The notes under the pieces are model-generated. The model was not told the origin of the DNA and did not search any database. It saw only the letters and a program-made list of their open reading frames with translations. From Eukaryota sp. TZLM1-RC (Eukaryota > Protista > Metamonada: BaSk clade): 64,000 nt of DNA. Made by a program: the position numbers and the translations under genes. Location: positions 2,894,550-2,958,549 of the forward strand of contig JAUPSS010000004.1 of the NCBI GenBank assembly GCA_040285825.1, read 5' to 3'. Every line of letters starts with the position of its first letter. Position 1 is the stretch's first letter. This document shows positions 11,019-21,715 of the stretch, piece by piece.

Positions 11019-11916
11019 CTAATTAATAATCATAAAGGATCCAACAATGCCGGATTCAAGCAGTTGCTGCTGAAGCACATCGCTTCCTTTGACACCAGTG
11101 AGATACCCATTCATCAAGTCATCAAACTTCTTGATGATTCTTTCATACAAGCCTTCTCTTTTCATTACTCCTCCTCCCAACACAATGACATTAGGACGGT
11201 TTAGGAGAACTGAATTGATGCAAAGATGAGCTAGGTAATGAACTGCTGCGTCAAACACACAGTCATCTGCATGTGGAAGTTGCCAAGATTCTATCCCTGC
11301 TCTCTTGGCCAACGCTAAACTAGATGTCATACCTTCAACACAGGAAGAATGATATGGACAAATTCCAGAGAATCCGGCAGTTACATCTTCCTCAAACAAT
11401 GGGGTCATGATGTGCCCTCCTTCAGCATTGAATGAAGGAATTGGAGGGCAGGAACTGGAACCGATACCTATTCCCGTTCCTACAGTTATGCTGAGGTGAA
11501 AACAACATGAGTGCATACTATTTCAGCAGAGGAACGTCTTTGCCCTTTTGTAGTCTGATCTTGTGTTCAGCGATTGCTGCAGCATTAACATCTGTATCAA
11601 TAAAAATATTTTTGCAAATTGGAGATAAGTGTTCTATTAGGCTGCAATTCTGAAAAGTGACCTTGGGAGTTGTTGTGATAGTTCCATAAAGAGGATCTAA
11701 AGGATCGATAATAACAGGCCCAAAAGCCGCTACACCAATAGCTTTAATACTCCAGTCACGAACAAAATCCTTAATTCTTGCAAAGACTTCTTGAGGAGAT
11801 GATGTATCAAACTCATCGCGTGTTTCAAAAGTTATGGCTTCAAGATCTGTACAAAGAGCTACTACAGTGGTAGTACCACCAAGTTCAATTCCTAAATAGG
11901 CAGATGGAAGAGTCAT
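11019..11916 (-). CDS. ROK-family fructokinase (bacterial ScrK/YdhR type), two exons
   Basis: GIELGGT, GVAAFGP, GTITTTPK, DTDVNAAA, EGGH, CPYH..CVEG zinc site, IVLGGGVM. Splicing 11491-11518 joins the two ORFs and restores YITVGTGIG. Confidence 0.9.
11491..11518 (-). other. 28-nt spliceosomal intron
   Basis: Minus strand GTATGCACTCATGTTGTTTTCACCTCAG, phase 2. Removal restores both the frame and a conserved motif. Confidence 0.88.
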
Positions 11917-12029
11917 ATAATAGAGAGGTTTTCGATGAAAGAACAATGTGTTTACTTTCTGTCTATCGATTTGAACAGATTAGAATAAATTACCAGAAGA
12001 ATTCAGATGTTAGCGACGAAGAGCACTCT

Positions 12030-14255
12030 TCAAAAAAGGGTGTTTGTCCAGTCTCTGAATTTTTACATAATATTTTTTCTGTCTTTTGTTCAACACGATT
12101 CAAAGGAAGAGTAGAGAAACCGTTGTTACCTTCCAATATGGAATTATAAATTAATACTTATTATGGAGTTGCGTCACCAGTGTTGACTTTAAGCTGTGTT
12201 ATTTCAACATAATGAATCGAATGTATGCATGTTGTTAGAATTCAGTAATGTTTTCAATTTAATTCAAAGTGGTATTTCACTGATTCTATCTTGAATCTTC
12301 CAGTGGACCACTTTTACTTTGACTGACATTTTATCCAATTCTATTTTAAATTCAAACAATGTTTCTTCACTAAAGTTGGCTGCTTACATGGATGTTTTAT
12401 TGTTAATAAGTGACTCGACGATTGTGAAAACAATGTTGACTCATAGCCATTATCAGTATTGTTTGTTCTGTTTACAGTTATCACCTGATCACACGACATC
12501 AGTGATATAATTACATTCTCTGTATTTATTTTCTTTGTGATTAACATCCTGGCTCTAATTTCTGCGTCCATACCAGGTTCAAAATGTCAGTGAACCTAAC
12601 AAAAGCAACTATGTGTTTTAAAGAATGATTCCACAAAATTGGCCTCCATCTGAACTTACTTAATTGTGTTTTATTCTCAAATTCCCCAATTTCCGCAATA
12701 GTTGATAAACTTGAAAGTCAGACCAAGTTTCATTCATCTGATGTATTTTGTCATCTATTCAGGTTCATCGTTATGCAATAATGATGAACTCTCCCACCAA
12801 TTAATTGAAAAATTAAATATTATTACACAAAAAATTGACCAAAGGATGAAATTGGGTGTGCAAAAAAATATCAATTTTACCGATATTAAGGCTGTATCTC
12901 AATTCAAATTTATATCAAAATATTTCGATCTATCAATTCATTTATCTCTAGACTTGTGGCTCAAAAGTTTAATGAATTACGTGCTAAAGTTTTGTCTCAA
13001 CTGATTGGGTGTAAAATGTCCCAGATTACTAATCATGCTTAACCAGTCCACATTATGGTGGTTTAGGATGAACTAAAGCCTCCATTCTTGCTTCGTGTGC
13101 TTTTATTTGTGGACGTAGAAATGCCACATTCGAGTTTTTGAAAAGATTTGTAGATTAGGAAAATTTATTAGCGACAACCCAAAATTCAACTATTTTTGCA
13201 TTAAACGAAGAAATTTCAAAAATTGATACAGAAATATGGAATCGACGCTTTTCCCAATTACTTAAAATATATCTGCTTACTGGTAATATTCTTGAAATAA
13301 ATTATTTGATTTTAAAGTACACGCTTCGAACATTACAAATACGAATGTCTAAAATGTATGAAGATGAACTTTTTGAAAATATATGTAGCTCGTCTGTTTT
13401 AAATCAAGATGTTCATTCATTGTTATTGGAAAAAGATGTATGTGAGAATAAGTCATCAGACTCGTCACTATTTGTCACCATTGTGCCACGAAGGTTGGGG
13501 CTATGTGGTAATAATGAAGGTTTTGTAACAGAAATGAAATTATATCCGAATATTCCAGTTAACAAACTTCTTTTGAAAGAAATTTGTATTTCATGTAATT
13601 CATCAAGCTCACCTTACGTCTAGCTTTAAGTTGACCTAAATTGATAACTCATCGTTCTTCATTACATGATGTTGTCAGGGACACTGTTTTCAATACGGCA
13701 AGAAATGCAAGAATCTCATGTAATAAGGAGCCTTTGCTGAGAGAAACACTGTCATTAAACAAATTTGGTTCTGATGAAGAGGTGATATTTACTGCGATGT
13801 GATTGATAACTCTGAAGTTGTTGATTTTGTCTGTATTGTTGCAAATGACACTTTGCTTCATTCAAGGAAACTTAATCCTATAGATGCTCTTGAATACAAA
13901 GCGAAAGAATAACATAGAAAATATGACAAAGATATCGAATAAGCTAATGCTGGGAAAACACGACTAGTTGTTTTTGTTGCTTTCACTTTTCCCACAAACG
14001 AAAGACTATCGGCAAAAGCAGAGCATTTTTTTCAATTTCGAAAAATTAATTCAAGAAACAACAATGAAGAGATTTGATATCTTTCTGTGGCACGCACCAA
14101 TTTAATTCGCTATAATTAATAAGTGACATCGCAGAAGAGCAGCAATGGGCAGAAAACAAGCACACTATGATTTTGTAGAGGATATCTTTATTCACTGACT
14201 TTCGTCCCATTATTGTTGGTTTTATTGTATTAAGTGCTGTAGTTCAATAAAAGAT
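12030..14255 (+). mobile_element. Old, heavily mutated family D-like retrotransposon (RT to RLE)
   Basis: Remnants in order: FQYGI-like (~12135), LEFSNVFN (~12235), LAAYMDV (~12375), LKYTLRTLQ (13310), then a 3' end resembling 3180-3255 with AATAAA near 14246. Confidence 0.8.
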
Positions 14256-14669
14256 TTGACAATAATGACAGCACATTGTTGTTATAAAGTATTCTAAATG
14301 TTCCTCGATTCAATAAAAAAGATATATATATATATATAGCCAAAATGAAGAACTAAACAATAAAACAAACTTAAAAAGAGTAAAACAGAAAGCTCATTGA
14401 ATTTTTTTGATAGAACGGCACAATTGGATACATTTCTACAAAAGCTGAGCAACTTCATTGTGGGTTGTTCAATGACAACCACCCTTCAGAGTATCTTGAC
14501 CCAAGAATACTCACTCGTGTGATATCTCACTTAGAAGATCGAAGGTCTATAGCATTGATGAGGAGGCGTGAATGGAGGTTGTGTGAAAGGAATATGTTGA
14601 GAATTTGAAAATAAGACACGAGTTGCAATTCACAGTATATAACTGCCTAAACAACAGACATCTGCAGCA

Positions 14670-15515
14670 ATGAGTCATAGCACCAGCTCCCATATTGATC
14701 GTTATGATAGACAATGTTTGCTTTCTGAAGTGGATCAATCCTTACTCTCTAATGCTAATGTTCTTGTAGTAGGTGCAGGCGGTTTAGGAAGTTGCCTTTT
14801 ATTACATTTAGCAGGAGCAGGTGTAGCTTCTGGCACTGGTAGATTACTTGTGATTGATGCAGATACTGTCGCTTTGGACAATCTTCACCGTCAAGTCATT
14901 CACCGTACTCAAGATACAGGCGTCAATAAGGCAGAGTCAGCATGGAGAGCTGTGAAAGAACTCAATCCTGATGTCAATGTTGAATATTCCTCAGCAGTTC
15001 TGTCTATTAGTTCTTATAAGACTCTAGTCAGTCAGTTTGACCTTATAATCGATTGTACGGATAATCTTCCTACAAAAGTGCTTTTAAATGACATTTCTGC
15101 TGCTCGGCAAGTTGATTTTTTAACAGCCTCCGTGGTTCGTTGGCATGGACAAATCAATTTTTTCCCTGCAAGTAGAGTTAATGGATGTTACCGCTGTGTC
15201 TTCGGCACACTGCCTTCTTCATCTATCCTTAAATCTGCCAAAACCGTCGGCGTTATGGGCAGTGTAGTGGGAGTGGTATCTTCATGGCAGGCAACTGAAG
15301 CAATTAAGATACTAAACAGGAGACCTGATCGGGAGCTTTTAATCGGAAAAACTTTGTTTATGGATCTCAAGACCAATGTTCTAAGATTTGCCAAAATGAA
15401 ACCCAGAAATCCAGAATGTAAGTCTTGTGGTAAGGATAAGAATTGTATCTATAGCCTAAATCATCATTTGTGGGATTTAGAGTCGGTTACAGGTAAGCCC
15501 AAAAAGCATTTTTAG
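14670..15515 (+). CDS. ThiF/MoeB/Uba4 (MOCS3)-family E1-like adenylyltransferase without a rhodanese domain
   Basis: RYDRQ, VVGAGGLG, D.D.V...NLHRQ, DCTDN, CYRC and terminal C..C zinc pairs; 281 aa. Confidence 0.88.
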   Translation: MSHSTSSHIDRYDRQCLLSEVDQSLLSNANVLVVGAGGLGSCLLLHLAGAGVASGTGRLLVIDADTVALDNLHRQVIHRTQDTGVNKAESAWRAVKELNPDVNVEYSSAVLSISSYKTLVSQFDLIIDCTDNLPTKVLLNDISAARQVDFLTASVVRWHGQINFFPASRVNGCYRCVFGTLPSSSILKSAKTVGVMGSVVGVVSSWQATEAIKILNRRPDRELLIGKTLFMDLKTNVLRFAKMKPRNPECKSCGKDKNCIYSLNHHLWDLESVTGKPKKHF

Positions 15516-15731
15516 GTTGTTTTCTAGTCTTGATTAGTTTTTGTAATGTACAATTTATTTTTATTTATTTTTTTACTATATCAGTTGTTTCCAAAATATA
15601 TATATCAATTAAATTAAAAATTTGTTTAAATGTTGGGTATCTTTGCACAAAAGCTTTGCATAACAACAGAAATTGTAAAGATTTAAATAGAATAATAAAA
15701 ATAGAATACCCATGCATTACCAAATTGCTAG

Positions 15732-16388
15732 TTTGCTAAGAATTTACACAAATATCTTAATGAAATAGCAATGCCTTTGATGTGGGTGCCGACACAGGAA
15801 GAAATCAGCAATCCCGACTTCCGTCCGAGAATTATACTAGACCAACTGCTGATAAATGGAGATCGCCGAGCCCTGTGCCGCAACAAGTTTGATTTTTTTA
15901 TAAGAAGGCAAAATAGAATAATGGGATTTTTTTTCATTATTTATTTTTATTCAACAACAAATATGAAATACACAATTAAAACTTCACATCCTCAACCTAA
16001 TGGGATAATGGGATTTATTGAAAAAATTAAACTAATGGCTAATGGAAGAGAAACGATAATTTGGTTTGGTAGTGGAGGTGATGGGCCATCAAGACAATCT
16101 GTGAAAACCCCAAGGAAGCGCTTTTTGAAGGAGATTCAGAAACATTTTACATATGTGAAGCCTAATGGAGATGAATTCTACACATCTGCCAAAACGAATT
16201 GCTGTAAGGTATTCAATCAAAAGTTGTATCACGATGATGGGAGGGTGAACAATGATAAGTTTGTATGCCCTAAATGTCAGACACTCTGGTCGAGGGACAT
16301 CTCAGCTTCCAGAAACCAACTGGAGATTGCCATAAGTGAGCACTACTACAATGAAAGACCTGAGGCGTTCCGGAGACCCCGTAGATAA
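15732..16388 (+). pseudogene. N-terminally truncated Fanzor1-like (TnpB-derived) RNA-guided nuclease
   Basis: RNKFDFFIRRQ helix, IIWFGSG, TPRKRF, DEFYTS, CC...CPKC zinc finger, WSRDISASRN (RuvC-III Asp) and RPEAFRR tail. RuvC-I not found. Interrupted in frame by a family E fragment. Confidence 0.8.
15930..16004 (-). mobile_element. Tiny family E 3' end inserted in the Fanzor ORF
   Basis: Matches the family E stop and 3' UTR (26420-26480). 12-bp TSD ataatgggattt at 15918-15929 and 16005-16016; net 87 bp added. Confidence 0.9.
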
Positions 16389-16545
16389 GTGTTTTTCCAT
16401 GTATTGCGTACCGGTTCGCGTATTGTGCTGTTGCTGCTTTAACTATCATTTGATCGTAATATCATATAGTGATAGAACTAAAGTAAGCTTAACGACTATC
16501 AAGATTGCATGAATTGGTCAAAAGCCAGAAGTGCGTTTTGATAGA
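16389..16545 (+). ncRNA. Candidate Fanzor omegaRNA scaffold
   Basis: Directly 3' of the Fanzor stop. Two long hand-folded stem-loops (16433-16488 and 16496-16544) contain several G-U pairs that work only on the + strand; a short hairpin lies near 16405-16420. Confidence 0.55.
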
Positions 16546-16595
16546 AATTCTCACTACTGTTATTATCTACTGTCAATTATCTGTTTTGTTTGTAA

Positions 16596-18240
16596 TTGAA
16601 AGAAGATTCATTCTTGTCGCCCCCACAAGAGACTTCACAAAGTTTTAATTTTAGATGCTTGATACAATGTGCGATGATTGCGACGAAGCCAGAAGGAACT
16701 TGGATTAATAAACAAATTAAGGAATTTTACTAATTGATATATTTATTGAATTTGCACACTTAATTAAATTAAATCATAACTAATGGGACGACTATCATTG
16801 AACCAAGATTTCCTCTACAAAATCTTGATCTGCTTGCTGTCTAGCTAAAGCTTCTCTTATTCGATTGAAAAACCGAGGTAATCTATTAATAATGGCAAAT
16901 TGAATCCGTGAACGCCATCAACAATATCAAATCTTTTCATTTCTTTTTCTTGAACCATTTTTTGGAAGTCATTCTAAAAAGTGTCTGCTTCTACTGATAG
17001 TCTTCCGTTTATCGAAAATGGAAAAGCAATAAAAACTAGCTGTGTATTTCTATCGGCATTAGTCTCTTCAATATCTTTATCATATTTTCTATGTTTCTCT
17101 TTTGCTTTAAAATCAAGAGCAGTCACAGGATTAAGTTTTCTTCTATGAACCAAAGTATCATTTGCAACATTACATGAGACAAAATCAACAATAGCTTCAG
17201 AATTATCAATCCAATCACAGTATACATCACCTCTATCATCAGAACCAAAATTATTCAGAGAAAGTGTTTCCTTCAGCAGGGGCTCTTTGATACACGATAT
17301 TCTTGCAGTTTGTGCCATATTGAAAACAGTGTCTCTATCAATATCATGTAATGAAGAACGATAAGTTATCAATTTAGAGCAATTTAGAGCATGGCCCAAA
17401 GTGAGTTGAGGTGAATTCGAACAAATACATTTTTCTTTTGATAATAATTGATTAATGGGGATATTCAAATATAATCTCATTTTTGATACAAATGCTTCAT
17501 TAGTGACACACAATCCAAATCTTCGTGGTACAATGGTTACAAAAAGTGAAGAATCTGATGACTTACTTTCACAAACACCCTTTTCCAATAACAATGAGTG
17601 AAGATCTTGATTTAAAACAGCCGAGCTGCATATATTATTATAAAGATCATTTTCATACATTCCAGTCAATCGTTTCTGTAATGTTCGAAGAGTGTACTTC
17701 AAATTTCAAACATTCTTTTCTGGAATATTGCTTGAAATAGATGTCTAAAGTATTTAAAGATGAAGAACACTGGAGTGGAATTGATGCAAATTTTTTCTAC
17801 AACTTAACAAGATTAGAGAGGACGGACGAGAACATTGAGTACGTGAAAATAGCTAATCCATCGTTGTTTCGAATAATGTCAGCAGTCTGTGGAGGATTAA
17901 AAATAGGAAGACAAGACTGGACTGACGACTTTCAATTAAAATGTATGAGATCAGCCTTACTATCATATGGAGAAGAAAGAGGATTAGCAAAATTCTCAGA
18001 AGCAAAATACAATTGTGAATTAGTTCTGGGAGACAAGTTAATGGTTATCGCAATAATGGACAAGAGTGAATGAACTATTGAACACTGGCTAATTAATACT
18101 GACAAGACTGGGGGCCGTGGAATTCACTGGACTGCCCTAGCTATTGATAATCGCACGAAGATTATTTATTTCTACGATAGTCAATGTGTAGACATTTCTG
18201 ACAAAGTAATGATGGAAGTGTTTTGGGATTTGAACCTCCT
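16596..18240 (+). pseudogene. Disrupted ORF ending in a Ulp1/adenain-like (clan CE) cysteine protease domain
   Basis: Removing the family D insert joins frame 16596-16736 to ORF 17741-18073. Reading through TGA 18071 gives WLINTDKTGGRGIHWTALAIDNRTKIIYFYDS. In-frame stops at 16731 and 18071; catalytic Cys segment not seen. Confidence 0.62.
16739..17739 (-). mobile_element. 5'-truncated family D retrotransposon (diverged copy)
   Basis: ORF 16974-17702 with C.C...H...C finger and RLE. 3' UTR matches 3200-3255. Only a 2-3 nt (gat) duplication is apparent. Confidence 0.92.
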
Positions 18241-18283
18241 CCACCACATGATTTCTCTATATCAGAAACGTTAGGTTCATCAC

Positions 18284-21200
18284 ATGCTCTATCACCTCAA
18301 CCATGAACTTTCCCTTCCTTCGGATCAGTTTGGTAATTGTTTTACACCTACTCTTTCTCTTGCACTTCCTAATGACCTTCTTCTGCTCTCTAATGGCTAT
18401 ATATTATACGCGTTTAATTCTTTCACCAAGGACTTACATCAAATAGACCTCCCTACCTCCCGTATTCGATCACTATTATACTTGCCCCTCTTCAATGCCA
18501 TCTTGGTCGCCTCTCATGATCTAAACTTTATCATCATTACTGTACCCACTTCGTCTTCACCCCTTTTCTGGTCTGTTGCTGACGTGTTGCGTTCCAACTG
18601 CCGTACAACGCTCAAGATGTGTCTTTTACCCAGTATTTGTGATTTTCCAGATTGTTGTTATTTTCTGGCGGCAAATACCGATGGAATTAGAATTTTTTGT
18701 TTAAGAAAGTCGCCCCCTTACTCTCAAGATGATCACATTTTTGACCTAAATATTGTGTTATCTACTTCCCATTTAATTAAAGATGCTCCTGATTGGCCTC
18801 TTTCTATTGGTCATTATATGGTATTTGATGATTCAAATTCACAAGGAATTAAAGTTTTCGTTGCATATCAGAATTCGATTTCATTTTACTCACTTTCACA
18901 TCAAATAATTCAAATTGTTGAGAAAAAGGCAAGAAATCATAATAATGAAAAGCAGATTAAGTTCTTTCTTGAAAAATTGGATAATATTAGAAATTTTTCC
19001 TTCTCAATAACCAATGTTTATCATTTTTCACTAAATTCAACTCCTTTTTTTACCGTTTCATTAGCTAATGGTCAAGTTATGCTCATTGATGAACATTCTA
19101 TTTTACATTCAACTTCTTTAATTTCACCATGCATTGGTATTTGCTTTCATGATTCAAGCTATTTTACCTCTCCAGTATTAAGTCTATTCGATTCAACAGG
19201 ACATCTACAGATTATTGACCTTTTCTTAATGACCTGTCTTTTGACTGGTTCTGACCAAGGTTGTGTACTGGAAGATAGTATAGTCTTGACGTGTAACGGC
19301 TTTGTCAACAATCACATTGATTACAATCAAAATCACCAATCAAAACAAGGATCAGCTCACGTGTGGTTGGTTGGCAGATCAGATTTATCGTGTTTCAAAA
19401 TTTCCCATCCTCTTAGACTATTATCATATGAAAGCATAAAAATTTGCAAGCTTTCTCGTGTGGTAAAGTTCAAAAATCCGAAAGAAACTAAAAATCCAAC
19501 CAAAACTAGCTTTATTCAACTTAGTTTAAAAGAAGGTGCATTCAGGCTGTTGTCGTTTAAAGATAGCAATAATGATGTCATTGTAGAACCCTCGCAATTA
19601 AGATTTAGTAGCCATCCTAATGAAGTCTTGGAAGCTTTTTTCCACCCATTAAATTATTTATTGGTGGTTTTAACTTTCAACGTTAATGTGTTGGATGAGA
19701 ATGGGAAACTGACTGATTCAATCAATTTTGACGGGAACCAATTAACTTCGTGCTGCTGTGTTTTATCTTCAGTCTCAACCAGTGGAACTGAACTTTTGTT
19801 GTTTGATTCTTCTAGTGATTCTAGCGCTTCTTTTTCGGTGCCTTTGGTGGTATCTACAGTGGATAGTAAACTACATTTGATCTCTATTCAAGAAAATGGC
19901 AAATTGGTGAAAATTTCAGCCTGTCAGTCCCCACATATTGGTAAGATTATCTCAATTGTGACCACTTATCCAAATTTTTCACCAATTTCATTTATTTCTC
20001 TTGATGTCAATGGAATTTTGGTCTTTTGGAATAATTCTTTTGAACCTATAAATTCTATTTTATTAAACAATTTTACTTCACTTGGATCAGAACCTCCTAA
20101 AATTGAAATTTTCGGGTGCGACCTTTTGATCTGTAATCCCAAAGCGGGAAAATTTTTGGTTATAACATCTTCAATGATCTTCTCTTGTGTATCGGGATCA
20201 TTCGACAAGTCAAAAAGAGCTCAGGAAAGTTCAAGAAAATCTCAATTTGGTATTACAATATCAGATTTAGCGCACTCTATAGAAAATTCTAAAAATTCTG
20301 TTGATCGGTTCGTACTAAATTTTGATTGTATTTCTGAAACTAACTGTGAACTTTTGGTGGTTTGTTGTGCTTCAATTTATCTCTACAAAATAACCAGAAA
20401 TTCTTCCAATTCGGAATTTTATGGTGATTTGTTACTAAAATTACCGCCTCTAGCCGACGATTATGTTGATGTCAAGTTTGTTTTGGTTTCGGATAAGCTA
20501 AACTTACTTATTACTACTTGTTCAAAGATTTTCATCCTTAATTTAGAGTCTTTTGTTTCAAAAAATAGTCTAACTTTTCTCAACATTCCGCTCTTTGACA
20601 CGTCATTGGGGGGATTTATGACCCATGATATTGAGCGTTCTACTGTTAGTGATAATACTACTCAAATAACTTCCACAATTCAAAGAGAAATTCGCAAAAA
20701 AGTAAGGAAAAAGAAAGAAAAGAAAAAGGGCACTCAACAAGATAGAACTCTGGAATTTGTCAATCAGATTCCCAATCAATTACCCAGTAATCACGTTCAA
20801 ATAGTCCAGCACGCTCCTTTCAGTCCTTCAAGACCATCAAAGCCTGTTTCTATTGAACATAATTCTAAGCAACTTCGATTTAATGATTCCTTTGACGAAA
20901 ATGACAAAAACAAGTTAGAGGGTAAACAAGTTAGCAGTGGCTTTGCAAATAGCCAGTCCTTTGAGTCAAACCAAAGAACTTCCGGGAATAATGATCAAGT
21001 TTTGAAGAAAAACCAACAGATACTTGAGCTTCTTGATTTTGATGCATATGTAGATGATGTAAAAGAGATCAACAATGAAATTCTTAAAGATTCTGTTGGT
21101 TGTTCAAACATTATCAACAGTGATAAGGACTGTTCAAATCATTTTAATTCTGTTGAAAATTCCAATACCTTGTTTGAAATTTTGTCAAATCCTACTCCAA

Positions 21201-21715
21201 ATATTGAGAAAGAGTCATTAGTTTTGCTTTCTACCCCTGACCACAGCTCTGAGGCGCGTACAAAACCCAAGGCTAAAAGGAAATGTAAAAGGAAAAGACA
21301 GAAGCCGACAGCAACAGTCAAGCTTCCATCAATAAATAACCCTTCTTCCATCAGCAAGTTCCCAAACTCTCCAAATGTTGGTTCTCCAAGAACATCTAGA
21401 ACAGTTCCTTCAAACAGAAGATCTTCTACTCCATTGTTTGTTCGTCCTTTTCCAAAACAACTTAGACAAACTGTCAGTGCTGGGGTACCTTTACTTGGAA
21501 GTCCAACCAAACCTAATGAAGCAACAAAGACTGTTTCTCCACCCATTCCGTCTGTACCGCTTGTGGAAATCACTTCTCGGGACCATTCAAGTTATCCAAT
21601 GTCATTGAATAGAAAAGAAATGAGGAAGAGTGGGAGGGAAAATGGACAAAAGACTAATACAGAGCAATTGCCAAAGCTGTCTGTCTGTCTGTTCAAATCT
21701 ATCAGAGGAAAATGA
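18284..21715 (+). CDS. Hypothetical 1143-aa protein: probable beta-propeller N-terminal region, basic NLS-like patches and disordered S/P-rich C-terminus
   Basis: Long uninterrupted ORF in AT-rich DNA; beta-strand-like hydrophobic patterning for ~760 aa; RKKVRKKKEKKK and KRKCKRKR. Family not recognised. Confidence 0.75.
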   Translation: MLYHLNHELSLPSDQFGNCFTPTLSLALPNDLLLLSNGYILYAFNSFTKDLHQIDLPTSRIRSLLYLPLFNAILVASHDLNFIIITVPTSSSPLFWSVADVLRSNCRTTLKMCLLPSICDFPDCCYFLAANTDGIRIFCLRKSPPYSQDDHIFDLNIVLSTSHLIKDAPDWPLSIGHYMVFDDSNSQGIKVFVAYQNSISFYSLSHQIIQIVEKKARNHNNEKQIKFFLEKLDNIRNFSFSITNVYHFSLNSTPFFTVSLANGQVMLIDEHSILHSTSLISPCIGICFHDSSYFTSPVLSLFDSTGHLQIIDLFLMTCLLTGSDQGCVLEDSIVLTCNGFVNNHIDYNQNHQSKQGSAHVWLVGRSDLSCFKISHPLRLLSYESIKICKLSRVVKFKNPKETKNPTKTSFIQLSLKEGAFRLLSFKDSNNDVIVEPSQLRFSSHPNEVLEAFFHPLNYLLVVLTFNVNVLDENGKLTDSINFDGNQLTSCCCVLSSVSTSGTELLLFDSSSDSSASFSVPLVVSTVDSKLHLISIQENGKLVKISACQSPHIGKIISIVTTYPNFSPISFISLDVNGILVFWNNSFEPINSILLNNFTSLGSEPPKIEIFGCDLLICNPKAGKFLVITSSMIFSCVSGSFDKSKRAQESSRKSQFGITISDLAHSIENSKNSVDRFVLNFDCISETNCELLVVCCASIYLYKITRNSSNSEFYGDLLLKLPPLADDYVDVKFVLVSDKLNLLITTCSKIFILNLESFVSKNSLTFLNIPLFDTSLGGFMTHDIERSTVSDNTTQITSTIQREIRKKVRKKKEKKKGTQQDRTLEFVNQIPNQLPSNHVQIVQHAPFSPSRPSKPVSIEHNSKQLRFNDSFDENDKNKLEGKQVSSGFANSQSFESNQRTSGNNDQVLKKNQQILELLDFDAYVDDVKEINNEILKDSVGCSNIINSDKDCSNHFNSVENSNTLFEILSNPTPNIEKESLVLLSTPDHSSEARTKPKAKRKCKRKRQKPTATVKLPSINNPSSISKFPNSPNVGSPRTSRTVPSNRRSSTPLFVRPFPKQLRQTVSAGVPLLGSPTKPNEATKTVSPPIPSVPLVEITSRDHSSYPMSLNRKEMRKSGRENGQKTNTEQLPKLSVCLFKSIRGK

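Noticed and set aside
16731-18073. Stop-codon reassignment or readthrough suggested by in-frame TAA and TGA in the protease frame
   Set aside because: Host genes and elements here end at TAA, TAG and TGA in expected places; pseudogenisation is simpler.
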